The position numbers and the translations under genes were made by a program. This document shows positions 45,501-59,993 of a stretch of DNA of 64,000 bases, in pieces. This stretch comes from the human T2T-CHM13v2.0 reference genome, Homo sapiens: the NCBI RefSeq assembly GCF_009914755.1, contig NC_060940.1. One strand, given 5' to 3'. The notes beneath the pieces are model-generated. The model was not told the origin of the DNA and searched no databases. It saw only the letters and a program-made list of their open reading frames with translations. Numbering within the stretch: the stretch's first letter is position 1; each line of letters starts with the position of its first letter.

Positions 45501-47510
45501 TCCATTCGATTCTATTCAATGATGATTCCATTCATGTCGATTTGGTGATTCCATTTGACTTCATTTGATGATGATTCCTTTCAAGTTCATTAGATGATTC
45601 CATTCGATTCCATTTGATGATGATCCCATTCGAGTCCATTCAGTGATTCCACTCGTTTCCATTCCATGATGATTCCATTCCATTCCATTCAATGATTCCA
45701 TTCGATTCCGTTTGATGATGATTTCATTCGAGTCCATTTGATGATTCCATTTGATTCCATTCGATGATGATTACATTCGAGTCCATACGATGAATCCACT
45801 CAATTCCATATGACGATGATTCCATTCGATTCCATTCGATGATTCCATTCTATTCTATTCAATGGTGATTCCATTCGAGTACATTAGATGATTCCATTCG
45901 ATTCCATTCAATGATGATTCTATTTGTGTCCCTTAGATGGTTCCACATGATTCCATTTCATGATGATACTATTTGAGCCCATCCAATGATTCCCTTCGAT
46001 TCCATTCGATGAGGATTCCATTCGATTCAATTCATTGGTGATTCTATTCAATTCAATTCTTTGATTCCATTCCATTCCATTCGACAATGATGCCATTCGA
46101 TTTCTTTCGATGATTCCACTCGATTCCACTTGACATTGATTCCATTCGATTCCATTCAATGATTCCGTTTGATTCCAGTGGATGATGATTGCCATCGATT
46201 CCATTCGATCACTCCATTCTATTCCATTTGATGATGATTACATTCGATTCCATTTGATGATTCCATCTGATTCTATTCGAGGATTCCATTTGATTCCATT
46301 CGATGATGATTCCATTCGAGTGCATTCGATGATTTCATTCGAGTACATCCAATGATTCCATTCGAGTCCATTTGATGATTCCATTTGATTCCATTTGATT
46401 ATGATTCTACTAGAGTCCATTCAATGACTCCATTCGAATCCATTCTACAATTCCATTCGAGGCCATTCGATGATTCCATTTCATGATTCCATTCGAGTCC
46501 ATTTAATCATTACAGTCGAGTCCATTTGGTGATTCCACTGGATTTCTTTTGATAATGATACCATTCAATTACATTTGATGATGATCCCATTCAATTTCAT
46601 TTGATGGTGATTCCATTAGAGTCCATTCGATGATTTCATTCGAGTCCCTTCATTGATTCCATCCGATTTCATTGGATGATGACTCCATTCGAGTCCATTC
46701 GATGATTCCACTCGATTCCATTAGATGATTCCATTGGAGTCCATTTGATTGTTCCATTCGATTCTATTCGATTCCTTTCGAAGATTATTCCATTTGAGTC
46801 CATTCGATGATGATTCCATTCCATTCCATTCGATGATTCCGTTTGATTCCATTCGATGATTCCCTTCGATTCCTTTCTTTGATGATTCCATTCCATTCCA
46901 TTCAATGATTCCATTCGAATCTATTCCATGATGATTCCTTTCGATTCCATTCGCTGATGTTTCCGTTCAATTCCATTCGATGATGATTCCATTCGATTCC
47001 ATTCATTGAGGATTCCATTGGATTCCATTCAATGATGATTCCATTCTATTCCATTCAATGATTGCATTCAATTCCATTCAATGATTATCCCCTTAGAGTA
47101 AACTCAACGATTCCATTCAATACCATTCGATGATGATTCCTTTTGAGTCCATTCAATGATTTCATTCAAGTCCATTTGATGATTCCTTTCAATTCCATTC
47201 TATGATGATTCCATTCGAGTCCATTCGATGATTCCATTCGATTGCATTCGATGATTCCATTATATTCCATTCAACGATGATTCCATTCGAGTCCATTCGA
47301 TGATTCCATTAGAGTACATTTAATGATTGCTTTGTTTTCAATTCGAAGATGATTACATTGGATTCCATTCTATGATACCATTCGATTCCATTCAATGATG
47401 ATTCCACTCAAATCCATTGGATGATTCCATTCGTGTCCATTCGGTGATTTCATTAGATTCCATTCGAGGATGATTCCATTCGATTCCATTCGATGATTCC
47501 ATTCAATTCC
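39510..47510 (+). repeat. 8,001-bp composite repeat, copy 1
   Basis: ORF-track entries 39538, 40844, 42722, 44594, 45920 and 46669 recur at exactly +8001 with near-identical translations. Confidence 0.93.
40756..42586 (+). repeat. 1,831-bp HSat2 segment not present in the canonical 6,112-bp unit (block X), copy 1
   Basis: Distinct markers gagtctatttatgtattatattcg, ccttgcaatgattccctacg, gattatggctatcg, gttaatgcttttcg and gagtatatacg were not seen in 1-40755. Confidence 0.9.
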
Positions 47511-50500
47511 ATTTGATGATGATTCCATTCGATTCCATTCATTGGTGATTCCACTCAATTCCATTCAATGATTCCATTCCATTTCTTTCAACAATGATTC
47601 CATTAGTTTCTATTCGATGATCCACTTGATTCCATTTGGCGATGATTCCATTCGTGTCCATTCGATGATTCCATTTGATTCCATATGATGATGATTCCAT
47701 TCGATTCCATACCATGATGATTCCATTCGAGTCCATTCAATGGTGATTCCATTCAATTCCATTCGATGATTCCTTCCGATTCCATTCGATGATGATGGCA
47801 TTCGATTCCTTTCAATCATTCCCTTTGATTCCATTCAAAGGTGATTTCATTCAAGTCCATTCGATAATTGCATTCGATTCCATTCTATGATGATTCCATT
47901 CGAGTCCATTTGATGATTCCATTCAATTCAAGTCAATGATGATTCCATTCGATTCCACTCGATGATTCCATTGGATTCCATTCGATGATGATTCCATTCA
48001 AATCCATTCGATAATTCAATTCAAGTCCATTCGATGATGATTCCAATCGAATCCATTCAAAGATTCCATTCAATTCCATTCGATGATGATTCCCTTAGAT
48101 TCCATTCGATGATTCCACTTGATTCCATTTACGATGATTCCATTCTATTCCATGTGATGAATCCATTCAATTCTATTCAATGATGTTTCCATTTGATTCC
48201 ATTGGACCATGATTGCCTTTGATTCCATTCTATGATTCCATTCGGTTCCATTTGATGATGATTCCGTTCGATTCCATTTCATTATTCCATTTGATTCCAT
48301 TGGATGAGTCCATTCGATTACATTCGATGATTATTCCATTCGAGTGCATTAGATGATTGCATTCGAGTCCATTCGATGATTCCATTCGATTCCATTCGAT
48401 GTTGATTCTGTTCAAATCCATTCGATGATTCCACTCGATTCCATTCGATGACTCCATTTGATCCCATTCGATGATTTCCTGTGATTCCCTTTGATGATCA
48501 TTCTATTTGATTCAATTCGGTGATTTCATTTCATTCCATTCAGTGATGTTTCCATTCGACTGTATTCGATGATGATTCCATTCGACTCCATTCGATTATG
48601 ATTTCATTCAATTCCATTCAATAATGATTCCCTTCGAGTCCATTCGATGATTCCATTCGATTCCATTCAACGATGATTTGATTCGTTTCCATTCGATGAT
48701 TCCATTTGATTCCACTTGATGATGATTCCATTCGAGTCCATTTGATGATTCCATTCGAGTCTATTTATGTATTATATTCGTGTCCACTTCATGATTCCAT
48801 TCAATTCCATTTAATGTTGATTCCATTTGATTCCATTTGATGATTCAGTTCGATTCCTTGCAATGATTCCCTACGATTCCTTTCTCTGATGATTCCATTC
48901 GATTCCATTCATTGATGATTTCATTCGACTCCATTCGATGATGATTCCTTTCGATTCCATTTGACGATGTTTCCATTCGAGTCCATTCGATGATGATTCT
49001 ATTCAATTCTGTTCTATTATGATTCCATTCGATTTCATTCAATGCTTCTATTTGATTCCATTCGATGATGATTCCATCTCTTTCCCTTCGATGATTCCAT
49101 TTGATTCCATTCAGTGATGATTCCATTTGATTCCATCTGATGATGATTTCACTTGATTCCTTTCAATGATGATTCAATTCAAGTCCATTCTATGATTCCA
49201 TTGGAGTCCAAACGATCATTCCGTTCGATTCCATTCAATGGTGATTCCATTCATGTCCATTCGATGAATCCATTCAATTCCATTCGATGATGACTCCATT
49301 CGAGTACATTCGATGATTCCATTTGATTCCATTTGAAGATGATTCCATTCAATTCCATTCGAAGATGATTCCATTCAATTCCATTCGATGATGATTCCGT
49401 ATGAATCCATTCTCTGATTATTCCATTCGATTCCATTCATTGACGATTCCATTCAATTCCATTCAATGATGATTCTCTTCTATTCCATTCGATGATTCCG
49501 GTCGATTCCATTCGATGATGATTCCATTAGATTCCATTCGATTGTTGCATTCGATTCCCTTCGATGATGATTCCTTTGAATTCCATTCGATTATCATTCC
49601 GTATGAATCCATTTGATGATTATTCCATTGGATTCCTTTCAATGATGATTCCATTCGATTCCATTTGATGATGTTTCTCTTGTATTCCACTGGATAATTC
49701 CTTTCAGTTCCCTTCGATGATTATTCTTTCGAGTCAATTCGATGATTCTATTCCATTCCCTTCGATGATGATTCCATTTCACTCCATTTGATGATTCCAT
49801 TCGACTCAATTTGGTGATGATTCAATTCGATGACATTCGATGACTCCATTCAATTTCATTTGATGATGATTACATTCGAGTCCATTTGATGATTGTATTC
49901 CTTTCCTTTTGATGATTATTCCATTCGTGTCTATTCAAAGGTTCCATTCTATTCCATTCAATGATGATTGCATTTGATTCCATTCAATGATTATGGCTAT
50001 CGATTCCACTCGTTGATTCCATTTGATTCCGTTCGATGATTATTCCGTTAGATTCCATTAGAAGACTCCATTCGATTTTATTCAATGATTCCAATGGATT
50101 CCATTCAATGATGATTCCATTCGACTCCATTCAGTGATTCCATTCGAGTCCATTTGATGATTCCATTCTTTTCCATTTGATGATGATTCCATTAGGGTCC
50201 ATTCAATGATTCCATTCGAGTCCATTCGTTAATGCTTTTCGAGTCCTTTTGATCACTACATTCGAGTCCATTCAATGATTCTATTCGATTCCATTCCATG
50301 ATGATTCCATTCGAGTTCATTCGATGATTGCATTCGAGTCCATTTGATGATTCCATATGATTCCCTTCGACAATGATTCCATTCGTGTCCATTTGATGAT
50401 TCCATTCATTTCCTATCGATGAAGATTCCGTTCGAGTGTATTCGATGATTCCATTCAAATCCATTCGATGATGATTCCATTCCAGTCCATTCGATCATTC

Positions 50501-53500
50501 CACTTGATTCCATTTGATGACTATTCCATTCAAATCCATTTGATGATTCCATTCGATTCCATTCGATGTTACCATTCGAGTATATACGATGATTCCACTC
50601 GATTCCATTTGATGATTATTCCATTGGAGTCCACTTAGTGAATCCTTTAGATTCTACTCGAAGATGATTCCATTCGAGTCCATTCGATGATACCATTCAA
50701 TTCCATTCGTTGATGCTTCCATTCAAGTGCATTCGATGATATCATTCGATTCCTTTTGATGATAATTCCATTTGATTCCATGCGATGATTCTATTCGATT
50801 CCATTCAATGATAATTCCATTCAATTCAGTGATTCCTCTGGACTCCATTTGATGATGATTCCATTCAATGATTCCATTCGATTCTATTCGAAAATGATTC
50901 CATTTGAATCCATTTGATGATGATTCCATTGGATTCCATTTGATGATTCCATTCGATTCCATTCGATGATGATTCCATTCGATTCCTTTTGATGATTCCA
51001 TTCTATTGTATTCGATGATGATTCCATTCGATTCCATTCGATGATGATTGGATTCGATTCCATTTGATGATTTCATTTGATTCCATTCGATAATGATTTC
51101 GATCAATTCCATTCGATGATTCCATTCGATTCCATTCGATAATGATTACATCCGAGTCCATTCGATGATTCCATTTGAGCCCGTTCGATAATTCCATTTG
51201 AGTCCAATCAATGATTCCATTCATTTCCATTCAATGATTCCATTCGAGTCCATTTGATCATTCCGGTAGGGTCCGTTCGATGTTGATTCCATTGGAGTGC
51301 ATTCGATGATTCCATTCGAGTCCATTTTAGGATTTGATTCGAGTCCTTTCGATGATTCCATTCGATTCCACTCGATGATTTCATTCGAGTCCATTCGACA
51401 CTTCCAATCGATTCCATTTGATGTTTCCATTCGATTCCAATTGATGATTCCATTCAATTCCATTCGATGATGATTCCGTACGATTCCATTCTGTGATGAT
51501 TCCATGTGATTGCATTCAATGATGATTCCTTTCGATTGCATTCGATTATGATTCATTTCGTGTTCATTCTATGGTTCCACAGGTTTCCATTCGATGATGT
51601 TTCCATTCGTGTCCATTCCATTATTCCATTCTATTCCATTTGAAGATGATTCCATTCGATTCCATTCATTGGTGATTCCACTCAATTCCATTCAATGATT
51701 CCATTCCATTTCTTTCAACAATGATTCCATTAGTTTCTATTCGATGATCCACTTGATTCCATTTGACGATGATTCCATTCATGTCCATTCGATGATTCCA
51801 TTTGATTCCATATGATGATGATTCCATTCGATTCCATACGATGATGATTCCATTCGAGTCCATTCAATGGTGATTCCATTCAATTCCATTCGATGATTCC
51901 TTTCGATTCCATTCAATGATGATGGCATTCGATTCCTTTCGATCATTCCCTTTGATTCCATTCAAAGGTGATTTCATTCAAGTCCATTCGATAATTGCAT
52001 TCGATTCCATTCTATGATGATTCCATTCGAGTCCATTTGATGATTCCATTCAATTCAAGTCAATGATGATTCCATTCGATTCCACTCGATGATTCCATTG
52101 GATTCCATTCGATGATGATTCCATTCAAATCCATTCGATAATTCAATTCAAGTCCATTCGATGATGATTCCAATCGAATCCATTCAAAGATTCCACTCAA
52201 TTCCATTCGATGATGATTCCCTTAGATTCCATTCGATGATTCCACTTGATTCCATTTACGATGATTCCATTCGATTCCATGTGATGATTCCATTCAATTC
52301 TATTCAATGATGTTTCCACTTGATTCCATTCGAACATGATTGCCTTTGATTCCATTCAATGATTCCATACGGTTCCATTTGATGATGATTCCATTCGACT
52401 GCATTAGATGATTCCATTCGAGTCCATTCGATGATTCCATTCGATTCCATTCGATGTTGATTCTGTTCAAATCCATTCGATGATTCCACTCGATTCCATT
52501 CGATGACTCCATTTGATCCCATTCGATGATTTCCTTTGATTCCCTTTGATGATCATTCCATTTGATTCAATTCGGTGATTTCATTTGATTCCATTCAGTG
52601 ATGTTTCCATTCAACTCCTTTCGATGATGATTCCATTCGACTCCATTCGATTATGATTTCATTCAATTCCATTCGATAATGATTCCCTTCAAGTCCATTC
52701 GATGATTCCATTCGATTCCATTCAACGATGATTTGATTCGTGTCCATTCGATGATTCCATTTGATTCCATTTGATGATGATTCCATTCGAGTCCCTTTGA
52801 TGATTCCATTCAATTCCATTCTCCGATGATTTCTTTTGAGCCCATTCAATGCTTCCACTCGATTCCATATGATGATGACTCCATTTGATGAAATTCCATG
52901 ATGATTCCATTTGCTTGCATTCGATGATGATTCCACTTGAGTCCGTTAGAAGATTCTATTCAATTACATTCCATGACGATTCTGTTCGAGTCCATTTGAT
53001 GATTCCATTAGACTCCATTCGACGATGATTCCATTCGATGTTATTCGATGATGATTCCATTCAACTCCATTCGATGTTTCCATTCGAGTTCATTCTATTA
53101 TTCCATTAGATTCCATTCGATGATGATTCCATTCGATTCCATTTGATGATTGCATTCTATTTCATTTGATGATGATTCCATTCGAGTCCATTCGATGATT
53201 CCATTCGAGTCCATTTAATGAATCCATTGGTTTCAATTCTATGATGATTACATTGGATTCCATTCGTTGATGATTTCATTCGATTCCATTCCATGATGAT
53301 TCCATTCAATTCCATTCAATGATTCCATTCAATTCCATACGATGATGATTCCATTTGATTTGATTCGACAGTGAGCCATTCGATTCAATTCCATGATGAT
53401 TCTATTTTATTCAATTGGTTGACATTTCCATTCGATTCCATTCGATGATGATTCCATTTGATTCCATTCAAAGATGATTCCATTCTAGCCCATTCAATCA

Positions 53501-55511
53501 TTCCATTCGATTCTATTCAATGATGATTCCATTCATGTCGATTTGGTGATTCCATTTGACTTCATTTGATGATGATTCCTTTCAAGTTCATTAGATGATT
53601 CCATTCGATTCCATTTGATGATGATCCCATTCGAGTCCATTCAGTGATTCCACTCGTTTCCATTCCATGATGATTCCATTCCATTCCATTCAAAGATTCC
53701 ATTCGATTCCGTTTGATGATGATTTCATTCGAGTCCATTTGATGATTCCATTTGATTCCATTCGATGATGATTACATTCGAGTCCATACGATGATTCCAC
53801 TCAATTCCATATGATGATGATTCCATTCGATTCCATTCGATGATTCCATTCTATTCTATTCAATGGTGATTCCATTCGAGTACATTAGATGATTCCATTC
53901 GATTCCATTCAATGATGATTCTATTTGTGTCCCTTAGATGGTTCCACATGATTCCATTTCATGATGATACTATTTGAGCCCATCCAATGATTCCCTTCGA
54001 TTCCATTCGATGAGGATTCCATTCGATTCAATTCATTGGTGATTCTATTCAATTCAATTCTTTGATTCCATTCCATTCCATTCGACAATGATGCCATTCG
54101 ATTTCTTTCGATGATTCCACTCGATTCCACTTGACATTGATTCCATTCGATTCCATTCAATGATTCCGTTTGATTCCAGTGGATGATGATTGCCATCGAT
54201 TCCATTCGATCACTCCATTCTATTCCATTTGATGATGATTACATTCGATTCCATTTGATGATTCCATCTGATTCTATTCGAGGATTCCATTTGATTCCAT
54301 TCGATGATGATTCCATTCGAGTGCATTCGATGATTTCATTCGAGTACATCCAATGATTCCATTCGAGTCCATTTGATGATTCCATTTGATTCCATTTGAT
54401 TATGATTCTACTAGAGTCCATTCAATGACTCCATTCGAATCCATTCTACAATTCCATTCGAGGCCATTCGATGATTCCATTTCATGATTCCATTCGAGTC
54501 CATTTAATCATTACAGTCGAGTCCATTTGGTGATTCCACTGGATTTCTTTTGATAATGATACCATTCAATTACATTTGATGATGATCCCATTCAATTTCA
54601 TTTGATGGTGATTCCATTAGAGTCCATTCGATGATTTCATTCGAGTCCCTTCATTGATTCCATCCGATTTCATTGGATGATGACTCCATTCGAGTCCATT
54701 CGATGATTCCACTCGATTCCATTAGATGATTCCATTGGAGTCCATTTGATTGTTCCATTCGATTCTATTCGATTCCTTTCGAAGATTATTCCATTTGAGT
54801 CCATTCGATGATGATTCCATTCCATTCCATTCGATGATTCCGTTTGATTCCATTCGATGATTCCCTTCGATTCCTTTCTTTGATGATTCCATTCCATTCC
54901 ATTCAATGATTCCATTCGAATCTATTCCATGATGATTCCTTTCGATTCCATTCGCTGATGTTTCCGTTCAATTCCATTCGATGATGATTCCATTCGATTC
55001 CATTCATTGAGGATTCCATTTGATTCCATTCAATGATGATTCCATTCTATTCCATTCAATGATTGCATTCAATTCCATTCAATGATTATCCCATTAGAGT
55101 AAACTCAACGATTCCATTCAATACCATTCGATGATGATTCCTTTTGAGTCCATTCAATGATTTCATTCAAGTCCATTTGATGATTCCTTTCAATTCCATT
55201 CTATGATGATTCCATTCGAGTCCATTCGATGATTCCATTCGATTGCATTCGATGATTCCATTATATTCCATTCAACGATGATTCCATTCGAGTCCATTCG
55301 ATGATTCCATTAGAGTACATTTAATGATTGCTTTGTTTTCAATTCGAAGATGATTACATTCGATTCCATTCTATGATACCATTCGATTCCATTCAATGAT
55401 GACTCCACTCAAATCCATTGGATGATTCCATTCGTGTCCATTCGGTGATTTCATTAGATTCCATTCGAGGATGATTCCATTCGATTCCATTCGATGATTC
55501 CATTCAATTCC
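47511..55511 (+). repeat. 8,001-bp composite repeat, copy 2
   Basis: Directly follows copy 1; junction ...attcaattcc|atttgatgatgattccattcgattccattcattggtg at ~47511. Confidence 0.93.
48757..50587 (+). repeat. Block X, copy 2
   Basis: Same markers as 40756-42586 at +8001. Confidence 0.9.
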
Positions 55512-58500
55512 ATTCGATGATGATTCCATTCCAGTCCATATGATCATTCCATTTGATTTCATTCGATGATGATTCCATTCGATTCCATTCGACGATTCCA
55601 TTCTATTCCATTCGATTATGATTCCATTCGAGTCCATTCGATGATTTCATTCGAGTCCATTTAATGATTCCATTGGGTTCAATTCAATGATGATTACATT
55701 GGATTCCGTTCTATGATTCCATTCAATTCCGTTCATTGACAATTTGATTCCATTCGATGATGATTCCATTTGAGTTCATTCGATGATTCTATTCGATTCT
55801 CTTCGATGGTGATTCAATTCTATTATATTGGATGATTCCATTCGATTCCATTTGATGTTGATTCAATTCGATTCTATTCGATGATGATTCCATTGGATTT
55901 CACTTGATGATTCTATTCGATTCCATTCAATGATGATTCACTTCTCGTCCATTGGATGATTCCATTTCATTCCATTCGATGATGATTCCATTCGATTCCA
56001 TTCGATGATTCCATTTGATTCCATGCGACGGTGAGCAATTCGATTCAATTCCATGATGATTCTATTTGATTCAATTAGATGATGTTTCCATTCGAATCCA
56101 TTCCATGATTATTCCATTGGAATCCATTCGGCGATGATTCCATATGAGTCAATTCAATGATGATTCCATATGGGTCCGTTCGATGATAATTCCATTTGAT
56201 TTCATTCGGTGCTTCTATTCAATTCCAGTCGATGATGATTCCGTTGGAGTCCATACGATGATTCCATTTGATTTCATTTGATGATGATTCCATTCGATGA
56301 TGATTACATTGGATTCCATTCTATGATTCCATTCAATTCCATTCGTTGATGATTCGATTCCATTAAATGATGATTCCTTTTGAGTTCATTCGATGATTCT
56401 ATTCGATTCCGTTCGATGGTGATTCAATTATCTTATATTGGATGAATCCACTCGATTCCATTTGATGATTATTCCATTGGAGTCCACTTAGTGAATCCTT
56501 CAGATTCTACTCGAAGATGATTCCATTCAAGTCCATTCGATGATACCATTCAATTCCATTCGTTGATGCTTCCATTGAAGTGCATTCGATGATATCATTC
56601 GATTCCATTTGATGATAATTCCATTTGATTCCATGCGATGATTCTATTCGATTCCATTCAGTGATAATTCCATTCAGTTCAGTGATTCCTCTGGACTCCA
56701 TTTGATGATGATTCCATTCAATGATTCCATTCGATTCTATTCGAAAATGATTCCATTTGAATCCATTTGATGATGATTCCATTAGATTCCATTTGATGAT
56801 TCCATTCGATTCCATGTGACGATGATTCCATTCGATTCCATGTGATGATTCCATTCTATTCTATTCGATGATGATTCCATTCGATTCCATTCGATGATGA
56901 TTGGATTCGATTCCATTTGATGATTTCATTTGATTCCATTCGTTAATGATTTCGATCAATTCCATTCGATGATTCCATTCGATTCCATTCGATAATGATT
57001 ACATCCGTGTCCATTCAGTGATTCCATTTGAGCCTGTTCGATAATTCCATTTGAGTCCAACCAATGATTCCATTCATTTCCCTTCCATGATTCCATTCGA
57101 GTCCATTTGATAATTCCGGTAGGGTCCATTCGATGTTGATTCCATTGGAGTGCATTCGATGATTCCATTCGAGTCCATTTTAGGATTTGATTCGAGTTCT
57201 TTCGATGATTCCATTCGATTCCACTCGATGATGATTTCATTCGAGTCCATTCGACACTTCCAATCGATTCCATTTGATGTTTCCATTCGAGTCCAATTGA
57301 TGATTCCATTCAATTCCATTCGATGATGATTCCGTACGATTCCATTCTGTGATGATTCCATGTGATTGCATTCAATGATGATTCCTTTAGATTGCATTCG
57401 ATTGTGATTCATTTCGTCTTCATTCTATGGTTCCACAGGTTTCCATTCGTGTCCATTCCATTATTCCATTCTATTCCATTTGATGATGATTCCATTCGAT
57501 TCCATTCATTGGTGATTCCACTCAATTCCATTCAATGATTCCATTCCATTTCTTTCAACAATGATTCCATTAGTTTCTAATCGATGATCCACTTGATTCC
57601 ATTTGACGACGATTCCATTCTTGTCCATTCGATGATTCCATTTGATTCCATATGATGATGATTCCATTCGATTCCATACGATGATGATTCCATTCGAGTC
57701 CATTCAATGGTGATTCCATTCAATTCCATTCGATGATTCCTTTCGATTCCATTCGATGATGATGGCATTCGATTCCTTTCAATCATTCCCTTTGATTCCA
57801 TTCAAAGGTGATTTCATTCAAGTCCATTCGATAATTGCATTCGATTCCATTCTATGATGATTCCATTCGAGTCCATTTGATGATTCCATTCAATTCAAGT
57901 CAATGATGATTCCATTCGATTCCATTCGATGATTCCATTGGATTCCATTCGATGATGATTCCATTCAAATCCATTCGATAATTCAATTCAAGTCCATTCG
58001 ATGATGATTAAAATCGAATCCATTCAAAGATTCCATTCAGTTCCATTCGATGATTCCCTTAGATTCCATTCGATGATTCCACTTGATTTCATTTACGATG
58101 ATTCCATTCGATTCCATGTGATGATTCCATTCAATTCTATTCAATGCTGTTTCCATTTGATTCCATTCGACCATGATTGCCTTTGATTCCATTCAATGAC
58201 TCCATTCGGTTCCTTTTGATGATGATTCCGTTCGATTCCATTTCATTATTCCATTTGATTCCATTGGATGAGTCCATTCGATTACATTCGATGATTATTC
58301 CATTCGAGTGCATTAGATGATTCCATTCGAGTCCATTCGATGATTCCATTCGATTCCATTCGATGTTGATTCTGTTCAAATCCATTCGATGATTCCACTC
58401 GATTCCATTCGATGACTCCAGTTGATCCCATTCGATGATTTCCTTTGATTCCCTTTGATGATCATTCCATTTGATTCAATTCGGTGATTTCATTTGATTC

Positions 58501-59993
58501 CATTCAGTGATGTTTCCATTCGACTCCATTCGATGATGATTCCATTCGACTCCATTCGATGATGATTCCATTCGACTCCATTCGATTATGATTTCATTCA
58601 ATTCCATTCGATAATGATTCCCTTCGAGTCCATTCGATGATTCCATTCGATTCCATTCAACGATGATTTGATTCGTGTCCATTCGATGATTCCATTTGAT
58701 TCCACTTGATGATGATTCCATTCGAGTCCATTTGATGATTCCATTCAATTCCATTCTCCGATGATTTCTTTTGAGCCCATTCAATGCTTCCACTCGATTC
58801 CATATGATGATGACTCCATTCGATGAAATTCGATGATGATTCCATTCGCTTGCATTCGATGATGATTCCACTTGAGTCCATTAGAAGATTCTATTCAATT
58901 ACATTCCATGACGATTCCGTTCGAGTCCATTTGATGATTCCATTAGACTCCATTCGACGATGATTCCATTCGATGTTATTCGATGATTCCATTCGATCTC
59001 ATTCGATGATGATTCCATTCAACTCCATTCGATGTTTCCATTCGAGTTCATTCTATTATTCCATTAGATTCCATTCGATGATGATTCCATTCGATTCCAT
59101 TTGATGATTGCATTCTATTTCATTTGATGATGATTCCATTCGAGTCCACTCGATGATTCCATTCGAGTCCATTTAATGAATCCATTGGTTTCAATTCTAT
59201 GATGATTACATTGGATTACATTCGTTGATGATTTCATTCGGTTCCATTCAATGATGATTCCATTCAATTCCTTTCAATGTTTCCATTCAATTCCATACGA
59301 TGATGATTCGATTTGATTTGATTCGACAGTGAGCCATTCGATTCAATTCCATGATGATTCTATTTGATTCCATTGGTTGACATTTCCATTCGATTCCATT
59401 CGATGATGATTCCCTTTGATTCCATTCAAAGATGATTCCATTCTAGCCCATTCAATCATTCCATTCGATTCTATTCAATGATGATTCCATTCATGTCGAT
59501 TTGGTGATTCCATTTGACTTCATTTGATGATGATTCCTTTCAAGTTCATTAGATGATTCCATTCGATTCCATTTGATGATGATCCCATTCGAGTCCATTC
59601 AGTGATTCCACTCGTTTCCATTCCATGATGATTCCATTCCATTCCATTCAATGATTCCATTCGATTCCGTTTGATGATGATTTCATTCGAGTCCATTTGA
59701 TGATTCCATTTGATTCCATTCGATGATGATTCCATTCGAGTCCATTCGATGATTCTATTCGAATCCATTTGATGATTTCTTTTGATTATAGTTGGTGATG
59801 ATTCCATTGGAGTCCATTCAATGATTCCATTCGATTCCAATCGATGGTGATTCCATTAGAGTCCATTTAATGATTCCATTTGATTCCAGTCTCTGATGAT
59901 TACATTCGAGTCCATACGATGATTCCACTCAATTCCATATGATGATGATTCCATTCGATTCCATTCGATGATTCCATTCTATTCTATTCAATG
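53866..59993 (+). repeat. Diverged full-length HOR unit (6,128 bp = 6,112 - 10 + 26)
   Basis: Landmark at 53866 and 59994. It has a 10-bp deletion near 54480, a 26-bp duplication at 58514-58565 and many private substitutions. Confidence 0.92.

Noticed and set aside
58001-58186. Single plus-strand ORF (61 aa)
   Set aside because: Chance stop-free stretch in a diverged satellite unit; it is not listed as an ORF in the homologous units.
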